A DNA stretch of 64,000 nt from Octopus bimaculoides (taxonomy: Eukaryota). The stretch is from NCBI RefSeq assembly GCF_001194135.2, contig NC_068993.1, forward strand, positions 25,988,428-26,052,427, written 5' to 3'. The translations under genes were made by a program, and so were the position numbers. This document shows, in pieces, positions 34,909 through 46,301 of the stretch. The stretch's first letter is position 1; each line of letters opens with the position of its first letter. The notes under the pieces were generated by a model. It worked only from the letters and a program-made list of their open reading frames with translations. It did not search any database and was not told where the DNA came from.

Positions 34909-36365
34909 CTAATACAGAATCACACACGACATACAGATCAAGTCTAGCCTTACAGACACACATACATGCACACACATTCGCATGCGCACACACACACACA
35001 CACACTCACAGAGCATATGTGAAACCAATATATATACAAATCAATTCTAAATATATATATAAACATATACATACATACACTCCCTCAAATCAATTCTTCC
35101 CCCACATACACATACCTACACATAAATCAATCCCCAGCTCCACATAATTACAGTTTTTATCAGGTTTAGTTCTCCATATTCTTCCCCTGTTCCACATTGC
35201 TACTTGTTGGCTGACAACACACACACATATGCAGACACACACAGTTGCACATGTGCAGGCCACATGCAAAAGTTGGCTGACAGACATAAACCCCATGTGC
35301 ATAGACACACCTACACAGAAATAAATAAGCATACACTAACAACAAAGTTAAAACACAAAGGGAACACACATATATAGACACATACACAAATAGGAGAAAC
35401 ATAAACACAACCACATGCACACAGATACATTCAAATTCAATATACACACTACAGACATGCATAGATATACATATAAATTCAACAACTACCACAGAAACAG
35501 AAAGAGAGAGAGAGAGAGAGAAGAAGAAAGATTTCTACAGAATACATGAAAAGCCATTAGGCTTCCCAGTTTGACCTAGCACTCTTCCCAGAGGGAGCCA
35601 GCAGAACACATAGCAAGTCATGACAATACAACACACAACAGCACCTTTGAAACTGTGGTTAGGGTTCAGTATCATATCAAAACTGGCTAGGTCAGCAGTA
35701 AAGGGAAAGAGGTTTCGGTAAATTACACAAAATTGGTGATATAAAGTAGACAGGGGAATAGAGAATAGTGGACATAAATTAGAATAGCAACCAACAGAGG
35801 TTAAACACACACATCTGTGAAGAATTAGCAAAGAAATGAGATGTAAAACAATGTTAGTCTTTCCATGGGACAGTACATATCTGTAGATTGAGGTGTTATC
35901 TCATGTTTAACACTCAATGTTGCATTACATGACTACAAAACTAGTAGTCATTGTTTAATTTTAAACACTCCATTGTGCAATACCTGTCCGTAGGGCTAGA
36001 TGCCTCAAATGCTTAACCTATATAGTGCACTACATGTTTATATAGTTCAATGTTATTCTTTATCTAAAATTGTAAGAAAATTAATCTACCAAATTTTAAT
36101 AAAGCAGTAGAATCTGAGGAAACTATGGTCCGTAGTGATGGTCAGCAAACAATGAAATAAACTTTATTTCATTTACAGTAGAGTCTCAAGTTTTAGTTAA
36201 CTCATTCAAACAGTAATTCAAATGGAGATTCAAATTTACGTATTTACACAATACACTGGATTTGATGTTCCGTCTAAGAGTTGGATATTGCAATTGTGTA
36301 CTTATTGTTAAGGTTCTATAACTGTAATTTCTTATGCAAAGTTTTCACTGACCATCATCTGCTGC

Positions 36366-36427
<62 letters not shown>

Positions 36428-36455
36428 TGTGTGTGTGTGTGTATGTGTGTGTCTA

Positions 36456-37734
36456 TCGGGTCATCCATAAATAATGCAGTTTTTCCAACTGCATGAACTA
36501 AAAGTCAGAGGGGGACAGGATAAGCTGCCTGAATCAATTTGCTATAAAAGCAGGTCATCATTTTACCTTGTCCTTATTCTTAGTGCAAGTTTTGAAAAGT
36601 GTAGTTCAATTTTACCAGTTATTTTTTTCAAAGCTATAATGGAAGTGACAAAGGAGCATATTCGGCATACTTTGCTTTATGAATTCAATAAAGGCAACAA
36701 CACAGTGGAAAGTGTGAGGAATATTAATGCAGTATATGGGGATCAGACAATAAGAGTAAACCAATGTCAACGGTGGTTCCAGAAATTCCAAGCCAGAAAC
36801 TACAGCCTAGAAGACAAGCCTTGTCCTGGAAGATCTGTACAGCTTGACGAGGACGTCCCGCAAACCCTGGTGGAACAAAATCCCATCATAACTGTTGAGG
36901 AACTGGCTGAGAAGCTTGGATTTGGTCATTCAACTATTCATCGACACCTGTGTGCCATCGGAAAAGTCAGCAAATTGGGTCAATGGGTTCCTCAAAAATT
37001 TTCCAAGTCTAACCGTGTGCAGAGAGTTAATGTGTGCTCTTCTTTGCTGTCACATATCATGAATGAACCTTTTTTTGGACAGAATAGTGACTGGTAACAA
37101 GAAATTGGGTCTCTATAGAAATGTCAAGCGCTGTAGACAGTGGGTAGGAAAAGGAGAAACACTGGCACCCCAGGCTGAAGAAGGTCTTCACCCACATAAG
37201 CTGTTATCTGTTTAGTGGGATATGAAAGGTTTAGTCCACTTTGAACTATTAAACTCAAATCAAATGATAACAAAGGAAATCTACAGTGTGCAGTTTGAGC
37301 AGCTTAAGTCAGCACTAGAAGAAAAACGACCTTCAAGACAAAAGGTATTCTTCCATCAGGATAATGCTAGGCCACATAGAGCAAGGATGACATTCCAAAG
37401 GCTGGAGCAGTTTGAATGGGAAATGAAGCCCCACCCACCAAATTCACTAGACATTACCCCCATCTGATTATCATTTATTCCCCAGTCTTCAAAATCATTT
37501 TGATGGGAAAAAATACGAATTCTGTAGACAAGGTCAGAACAGTACTGGAGGAGTATTTTTTATTATCGACAAGTGAATTTTGGAAGAGGGGCCTTGCAAG
37601 TCTGCCATATAGAAGGAAAAGAATTGTACAAAATGAAGGAGAGTATATTTTAGATTAAAAAAGAATTTTGTTTATCTTAATTTTGAAAAATAAAAGAAGT
37701 ATAAAAAAAGCACATCATTTATGGGATGACCCTA
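36456..37734 (+). mobile_element. Full-length mariner transposon (~1280 bp), transposase disrupted
   Basis: TIR ta|tcgggtcatccataaataatgcag / cacatcatttatgggatgaccct; MEVTKEHIRHTLLYEF (ATG 36639), WVPQK, gtgactggtaacaag (decayed VTGDEK), LLSV*WDMKG, FFHQDNARPH, PHPPNSLD. Confidence 0.95.
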
Positions 37735-38135
37735 TTGATCCCAAACTAATGCTACAACAGGCACTGAAAAACTCATGAAACTCATCAGTTTTACAGTGCT
37801 GTCACTGCTTACTTATAGCCCTACTACTCTTCTGTTAAATCAACTCCTGCAGTTATTAATTACAAAGAGTTGAAGAATCTATTATCAGTAATAACTACAG
37901 TACACAGAGAATACAGTTTCAGGCTGAAGGCTGCCATGTTTACAACCATTTTATACTGGAAACATTGGTCCTCATCTGTCCAGTTGCTGAAGATAAAATT
38001 TGAGTCTAATTAGAAATTTGTAGCATCACCACTTTTGAAACCTAAGTGCCATAAGCATCATTCAGCTCAAACATGGCCACAGACTGATTGACTAAAACTG
38101 GTAAAACAGTACACACATTCCAATATATATGCTTG

Positions 38136-38185
<50 letters not shown>

Positions 38186-38814
38186 TACATAGATATGCAT
38201 TTATAATAAATATGATTATAAGTACAACACTTGCTGTCCTCCATCCTGGGCCAATTGAATAAGTACCAGTAGTATACTGGAGTTGGTTCAATTGGGTAAA
38301 CACAAAAACTTGGCCATGTGCCTAGACAAAAACCAGCTATCATTATCATTATAATCATCAAGCAAGCCACATGACTCAACAAGCTCGGTCCATATTAATA
38401 TCTTGTGAACACGAGGTTTTTATGTGTGAACTTGTAACTTTACAATATTTTCATACATTAACTCTACTCTTTTGATATTTCTATCTATTCATGTTTACTT
38501 TTAAGCTTCTTCCACATTAACACGCTTACTCAACACTTTCTATTTTCCTGTGAAGTTATTGCATCTACACATACATATGTATGTGTGTGCGCATGTGTGT
38601 GTGTGTGTATGTGTGTGCGCGCGCGCGTGTCTATGTTTGCTATTATTTTTTTCTTTTAATATCGGAAAAAAGGAAAAATATGACATTAAGTATCATAGAA
38701 TATACTTTTCAATAATTGCTTCCAAATTTTAATCATTGTACTAGACATACTTTTGTGTATTAAATAAAGATTTGGTGTACATGCGTGTATATCTAGCTAC
38801 CATATATATATATA

Positions 38815-38872
<58 letters not shown>

Positions 38873-39541
38873 CACAAACACACATATCTGTTGGTCTGTA
38901 TATCATATTTATAGACACACACACATACACCTCTTGCTATCTTTATATCATATCTGTATCTACACACACACATGTATATACTGGCTACTGCTTACACACA
39001 TATATACATGTCATGTTTTGATGTATGAGACTGTGTATAACAACTATTATAGAAATACATACACATCAGTGCACACACACACACACACACACACAAGCAT
39101 ACTTACAGAAACACTCTTAAGGTAATAATAATAAAAAAAAATATTCATTCAAATTCATCAGTTTTTTTCTTTCTTTTTTTCGTTGATAAAATATCTATCA
39201 TGAAATAAACCAAGTGAATTAAAAAATCAACATAATAATCTCAATAATAATAAACACGATGATGCTGATGATGATGATGATAATGGTGATGAAATTGTTT
39301 CGAATGAATTATTGGATTGAAAAGCAAAGAGTCATTAAAGCTCGTTATATATGATTTCAATTTGAATTATATTGCACTTCTAATCTCACTCACTTTGATT
39401 ACAACTTGCTATTTTCTTTACTTTGCATTACCACCATTTCTTTTTTTCTTTTGTAAATAACGAACTGTGCGGTTATTAGTAGCTCTTTTATTATTTTGCT
39501 TATAATAAACAGTCAATATCTTATCCCCATTATTATTATTG

Positions 39542-39584
<43 letters not shown>

Positions 39585-40339
39585 AGTTGTTGTTATGTAT
39601 TCAAGAAGCTCCCACCAAAAAAAACCCCAAAAAAAAAACCAAAACTGGCAAAAAAAAAACCCAGAAAGCAAATGAAATAAAATAAAAAGCAAAAACACTA
39701 GTATCAGAGTTCCGTCTATTATAGTAAGATTCTAAAAGGGTTCACTAGCTGTTGTTATTGTTATTCTCCCCAAATAGTTTCTTTCAACACTTTCTATAAA
39801 GTTTTCAAAGTTAAAACTGCACAGAAACATTTTAAGAAACAACAACAATTCCAAACAACAATAAATACAATGAATATAAAAATATTAGGAAATAGAAGAG
39901 ATAATCTCACATATACACACACACACACATATATATATATATACATACATAAATAAATAAATACACACATACACATGCTTAAACATCATGAGTATGATCA
40001 GGTACCTTGTACCACATCAGCACATCAAGAGATGTACTGATTTACAGCTGATTAGACAGAGGTAAACTAGAAATGGAATAGCTTGCTTAAGGACACAACT
40101 CTAGGTGCGATCTGGGGTACACAGCAATCAAACCAACAAACAAGCCATGGGCCACAATCCTCCATAAAGGCAGGTGGCCTCTCACTTTCTCCTCTTTTCC
40201 ATAGCTCAAAGCTAGGAGTGTCAAGGTGTCTGTGTTTACCCATGACTACACAGGTAGCTAAAATAACTAGTGAAAGTGTGGTAAGAGCCACAAGTTCATG
40301 CACATTTTGAGAGTGATGGCTTTACATTCACACACAAAC

Positions 40340-40377
<38 letters not shown>

Positions 40378-40508
40378 ATATATATATATATATTCTTATT
40401 ATTATTATATAGATAGGGTGATAACTTGAAAATTAATTCAATTTAAAACCAAGTGGCCTAGTATATACAAAAATCGGAAAATTCAGAAAGAATAGTATTA
40501 CATGTGTA

Positions 40509-40630
40509 TAAGGGATGACCACTAGGTGGACGTCCAATATACTACAAAGAGGTCATCAATGACCCAACCACAATGAAAAATAATGTTCTACAGAAAAATT
40601 TTGCAAAGTCCACCTAGTGGTCATCCCTTA
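40509..40630. repeat. Perfect 23-bp inverted repeat around a 76-bp spacer
   Basis: taagggatgaccactaggtggac (40509-40531) / gtccacctagtggtcatccctta (40608-40630). Confidence 0.9.
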
Positions 40631-40806
40631 GGGTGCAAAAATGGGTATGGGAAAAGTACAACGTCAATGTTATAATATTTAATTCATTATAATTTTTAGT
40701 ACATTCTATTATTTGCCACATTTTTGAAAATTTTAGTGTCATTAAACATACCAACACATTTATCATAACTATAATAATACATTTATCATATATACACACA
40801 GACACT

Positions 40807-40843
<37 letters not shown>

Positions 40844-41514
40844 NNNNNNNNNNNNNNNNNNNNNNNNNNNNNNNNNNNNNNNNNNNNNNNNNNNNNNNNN
40901 NNNNNNNNNNNNNNNNNNNNNNNNNNNNNNNNNNNNNNNNNNNTATATATACACATACATATATATACTCAGTACCTTGTTAAGTAACCGGAGATTTAAA
41001 GGATTTACTAATTTAGAACCAACTAATTTAGAATTACAACTATCGATATAAACTTTCACCCCAAAATGGGAACCATGATTTGAGGTCCTCAACTATAAAC
41101 CCAGCATATATTTGTTTATATGTATAGGTATATCTATGTGTGTACATTTGTTCTTTCATTCATTAATTTATTTATATGCAAGGACAATACGAACCATCGC
41201 AGGAATACACATTACTAAACGCATGAAATATGTGTGTGTATATATATGCATATATATATATGTATATGTATGTATCTATATTTGTATGTATATATATGTA
41301 TTTCACCTTTTATGTGCATTTTCAGATTTAAAAACCTGTAACCCTCCCAAACTCCGTTATTTTCTTTGATTATACTGTTATTTCTCTTTTTCTTTCTCTT
41401 TCAATGCATGCTCTAATAAGAATATTGTACTACACCTACTAATAACTAATTAATTTATAAGTATATACATACATGTGTGTATGTGTATGTATGGATCTGC
41501 ATGTATATATGTAA

Positions 41515-41560
<46 letters not shown>

Positions 41561-41570
41561 NNNNNNNNNN

Positions 41571-41833
41571 TAGCCTCAAACTGACCAAAGCCTTCTGAGT
41601 GGATTTGGTGGATGGAAACTGAAAGAAGCCTGTCGTATATATATATGTGTGTGTTTGTGTGTCTGTGTTTGACCCCCCACCATTGCTTCACAACCAATGC
41701 TGGTGTGTTTATGACCCCGTAACTTAGCGGTTTGGCGAAAGAGACCGATAGAATAAGTCCTGGGGTCGATTTGCCTGATTAAAGGTGGTGCTCCAGCATG
41801 GCCGCAGTCAAATGACTGAAACAAGTAAAAGAA
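41571..41833 (+). mobile_element. SINE A lacking its head (gap)
   Basis: tagcctcaaactgaccaaagccttctgagtggatttgg..ctccagcatggccgcagtcaaatgactgaaacaagtaaaaga. Confidence 0.88.
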
Positions 41834-41986
41834 TATATTTATGTGTATATATATATATATATATGCATAAATTAGCCCTACAAACTCCTTGGGCTATCTT
41901 ATATAAAAAAAACTCTCTGATGATGCCTGTATATTTATATATGCATAAATTAACCCTATGAACTTCTTGGGCTATCTTATAAAAAC

Positions 41987-42108
41987 TCTCTGACGAAGCC
42001 TAGAGGCATACCCAAGTACCCCAATTTTATCTACAGATTTACAATACATTGAAAAGATGGAAATAACATATGGAATACTGTGACTTCTTGGCTGAAACAG
42101 CTGTAAGA
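41987..42108 (+). ncRNA. Type I hammerhead-ribozyme-like motif (minimal, palindromic stem III), probably from a PLE terminal repeat
   Basis: tct-CTGACGA(41990-41996)-agcctagagg..(long loop)..cttcttggct-GAAA(42094-42097)-cagctg-TA(42104-42105)-aga: all core nucleotides present; stem I 3 bp, stem II ~8/10 bp, stem III the palindrome acagctgt. Confidence 0.6.
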
Positions 42109-42489
42109 AACTGCTCTTCTTTCTCTATTCTAAAAATTACTAATACTTTGCTCATGTATTCATATATTTTCTGAACTGTTTAAAATAAATAAATAGACAT
42201 ATTATAATGTCTAACAACTGATGAATACTAGTATTCTCTCCATTTTCTTCTTGCCATATAAATTAAGGGTAAAACCACTTGCCTAATTATTATACTCAGT
42301 AAAACCCTTGCCTAATTATTATACTCAGTAGGGTAATTGCTACGCAATAACCAACACTTGTGTATTAATTAGGTATTCTACCAGCAGTATATTGGATAGA
42401 TATTATCCCTTAGTTGGTTGGATTCACAACCTCTTTCTTTGAATTTTATATATATATATATATATAATTCATAAATATATATATAGGCA

Positions 42490-42575
42490 TCCGGTTTCAC
42501 CAGTCCTCAGTCAAATCGTCCAACCCATGCTAGCATGGAAGGCGGACGTTAAACGATGATGATGATGATGATGAT
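42490..42575 (+). mobile_element. Very short 3' end of the (GAT)n RTE family
   Basis: cagtcctcagtcaaatcgtccaacccatgctagcatggaaggcggacgttaaac(gat)n; exact reverse complement of the 16705 tail apart from a few changes. Confidence 0.85.
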
Positions 42576-43497
42576 ATATATGTATGTATAAAAATATCAT
42601 CATCATTATCATCATAAACTTAATACTTACTTTTCCATGCTTGCATGGGTCAAAAGTAATTTGTTGGAGATTTTCTGTGACCAAACGCCTGGAACTATTC
42701 TGCAGCTTGTATGATGGTGACCATCTTTCTCTCTTTTTTATCACATGATGTCAAGACAAGGAGACTCACAAAAACAGACACACACACACACACACATCTA
42801 TTATCATTGTTGTGGACTTTCTCAATCCAGTAGGTTGTCCCATCCACTTCTGTTACTTTTATTCCATCTTCTAACAAAGGGGTCTCAGATGTCTGCAAAG
42901 ACAAGTTTGTTTGAAACATTTGGTGACATCTGAGTATTATTTCCATAATTAATCCTTTAGTTTTGAGTGAAGTTTTATAAAGTATGTTAGTATTTTCTTT
43001 AGTATTTTCCTATCAAATTGTAACACTAGCAATTACACTGGACAGGTGGCTAGTTCAACACTCACGTGTATGCTCACCATGCATTTGCAACATGCACCTG
43101 TTGCACAACATTACATGCACACCATCTTGTTTCGTTTTCCTCGTCTGTGTGCTTCATACTACTAAATTATTTTTTCTCCTTTACTAATGTAACCATTATT
43201 GTTATTTTCTTTCATGGTTTGGGTCAATTGATTCCAATGACCTACATTTTGCATATGTCACCTAAACACCATAACTTCATAACCTAAATGGCAATACATT
43301 CTTTTGGACAATTGTTTATAACTTTAATTGATCATGTCATTGTTATCTCTTTCCGTTATCTTTCTTCCTTCACTGACTGATGCATGGTTCATGTTTATAT
43401 AACAGTTGTACTGATTTGATAAACTGTATTTTAAATTTCAACATGACCTCTGCATAGAGCCATCACAAGCAGAAAATAACATTTTCTCAAAAATTAA

Positions 43498-43711
43498 CCG
43501 TTTAGCATTTAAATCAGCCATATCTGACCCAAATATTTTACCTGCTTTATGTTCAAACTGGATAGATCCAGTGTCTTGCACCTAACCTACAATGTTATTC
43601 TATAAAGAAACAATCACAGCACTGAAATTTTGTAGTTACAAAATAATCCATGATTAATTCAAAACAATGTGAATAAATAAGCATTGCATCTGAAATCTGA
43701 ATTCTAAAGGG
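43498..43711. mobile_element. piggyBac-type MITE, 214 bp, TTAA on both sides
   Basis: ttaa|ccgtttagcattt ... gaattctaaaggg|ttaa. Confidence 0.8.
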
Positions 43712-43844
43712 TTAAATACTTTGATTTTGGACTGTATTTTATATATGCCTATTAGTCTATCTGTCTCATAGGCTTATGTTTTATCTGAGATTTTATGGTC
43801 ATACATATGTCCAGTTAACTAATTCACACATTTTTGTATTTGGG

Positions 43845-44095
43845 CATAAGAGGCATTCTATGTGGTATGCAGGCGAGAAGATTGCACTGGTATAGTCACA
43901 TGATGTGGAAACTAAAGACAGCTATATAAAGTGTCAATTGCTAAATGTGGAAAAAACATGTGGAAGAGGTAGACCTAGGAAGGCATTGGGACAAAGTGGA
44001 GACTGACTTCAAAATGTTGAGCCTCTCAAAGGAGATGACCAGGGAATGAGATGAATGGTATTACACAGTGCATGAGAAGACCCATCCATCGTAGC
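43845..44095 (+). mobile_element. Decayed RTE ORF C-terminal fragment
   Basis: gcaggcgagaagattgcactggtatagtcac (QxRRLHWYxH) and ggaagaggtagacctaggaag (GRGRPRK) match the copy at 61432-61805. Confidence 0.6.
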
Positions 44096-44399
44096 AGAAT
44101 TGAGGCTTTGTAAAGCCTTCTTCTACAACTCATCTTCTATTTCTTCACTTCCTGCTATACTGAACTTATATCCTCTGCATTCAACTCATTCTCTATCTCT
44201 AATCATCTGTCACACTATTTTCACTTAGTGCACTTCCTATTCTGTCTCATATTCATGTTGTACTAGGACCTCACATCTCTTTCTTTCTCTCACTCACTTT
44301 CCAGGTGGGTAAATTCATGCATTCACCTCTTCAGTAAGACACCTGCCTCTCTCCCTCTATCATAGTTTCTTATTTCTCCAGTTTGAGAACTTGGTGAGC

Positions 44400-44598
44400 T
44401 CACCGGTGCTGGTGCCGCATAAAAGGCACCCAGTGAACTCTGTTAAGTGATTGGTGCTAGGAAGGGCATCCAACTGTTGAAACCATGTAAAAGCAGACAC
44501 AGAACCTGGCAGAGCCCTCTGGCTTGCCTGTTCTTATCAAACTGTCCAAACTCATTGCCAGCATGGAAAATGGGACATTAAATGATAATGATGATGAA
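44400..44598 (+). mobile_element. (GAT)n-tailed 3' module, plus strand
   Basis: ggtgctaggaagggcatccaactg..gccagcatggaaaatgggacattaaatgataatgatgatg. Confidence 0.75.
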
Positions 44599-44737
44599 AT
44601 TTTTTTGTATTTTTGTTTTTGTATATCTATGTAAATTAACATATATTTGTTTGTATTTCTGTATGTGTATGAATAGTTATATGAGTGATCATTATGCATA
44701 TGTTTATCAAAATCTGCATGTTTCAATTTCTAGGAGC

Positions 44738-44744
44738 AGCTTCC

Positions 44745-44786
<42 letters not shown>

Positions 44787-44920
44787 TTAATCTCCGCTTT
44801 CCATGCTGGCATAGGTTGGACGGTTTGAGTGAGGACTGGTGAGCCAGAGGCTGCACCAGGCTCAATTTTATCTAGCAAAGTTTCTACAGCTGGATGCCCT
44901 TCCTAATGCCAATCACACCA
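44738..44920 (-). mobile_element. (GAT)n-tailed 3' module, minus strand
   Basis: (cat)n ttaatctccgctttccatgctggcatagg..ctggatgcccttcctaatgccaatc. Confidence 0.8.
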
Positions 44921-45294
44921 TACACCATCTTGACATAGCCATGGCTAACAGGCTAGCCTTGGCTATGTCAAGATGGATTTTTATGTATTCTTCTTCCCAC
45001 TTGGATTTTAAATGTTGCCACAATTATAATATGTCTATTCTACTGTAATTTTCTACATTTTTGTACAGCTGAAGATTGCTCTACATATTGCGTTTAATGT
45101 AATGCTCACATTACTTAAATAAATGGAGTAGCATGAAACGTGCGTACTGCAGTCATCTTTAAAATCCGTGTTGCTTATTTTGATTTTTTTATCACCTTGC
45201 TTTTAGAATGGTTTTTGGATAATACCATACTATATTCTGGCGCCTAAACATAAGTACCATATTCAATTTTGAATCTAAATCTAAATATATATAT

Positions 45295-45523
45295 TTTATT
45301 TTACTTGTTTTGGCCATTAGTCTATGCCCATGCTGGGGCACAGCTTTGAAAAATTTTTAGTCAAATGAATTACCCCCCAGTACTTGTACCAAATCTACTC
45401 ACAAGGCTTTGATCAGCCTGAGGCTATAATAGAAGACACTCGCCCAAGGTGCCACGCAGTGGGACTGGACCTGGAATCATATAGTTGGGATGCAAACTTC
45501 TTACACAAAGCCACACCTGTGCC
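45295..45523 (-). mobile_element. SINE A with internal deletion (another head-plus-tail-only copy on + at ~46029-46174)
   Basis: Tail ttacttgttt..catgctgggg joined to cacaaggcttt..cgcccaaggtgccacgcagtgggact head; the central (GT)n block is missing. Confidence 0.8.
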
Positions 45524-46258
45524 TATATACACAGACACACAAAAACAGAGAAATACATGTATAACACATATGCATGCACACACACACACACACACATACA
45601 TACATACATACATAGATATATACACAGACTTATATATATGTGCCTGTATATATAATTTTATGTATATGATAAAAAATTCCTCACTACTGGGTTTAAAATG
45701 GCATAACAAGTACATTTTTCTGATTTGATATGGCTTACTGTCATGAAGTACTCACAACCATACATATTGTGTAAGAAGAACCAAATGCACTTTGGTTATA
45801 AAATAGACAGACATATCATTAAAATCTCATCGAATAGAATGCAATTTGTCCAGTATCTAACCACAAATTCATAGAATATACAACAATAAGGCCAGAATGA
45901 ATAATAAAAACACAAGAATGTGTAATCTCATGAAATAACAAATTAGCAGATCCACAAAACATATATCAGATAAAGAATGCAAAAATAACTGTGGAAGGTT
46001 TACTAATATGAAACTAATTTAAGCATATAGACACAGTCATGGCTGTGTAGTAATAAGTTTGCTTCCCAACCATATGGTTTGGGGTTTGAAAAAAGTAAGC
46101 ATTTAACTAAAATTCTTCAAGGCAACGCCCCAGCGAGGCTGCAGTTTAATGACTGAAACAAGTAAAAGATAAATATATCAATTAAAATCTATATCATAAT
46201 AGCTTGAAATCTAAAAGGATTTTATTATTTTAAATCCAGTGATGAGGATATGCATGTG

Positions 46259-46301
<43 letters not shown>

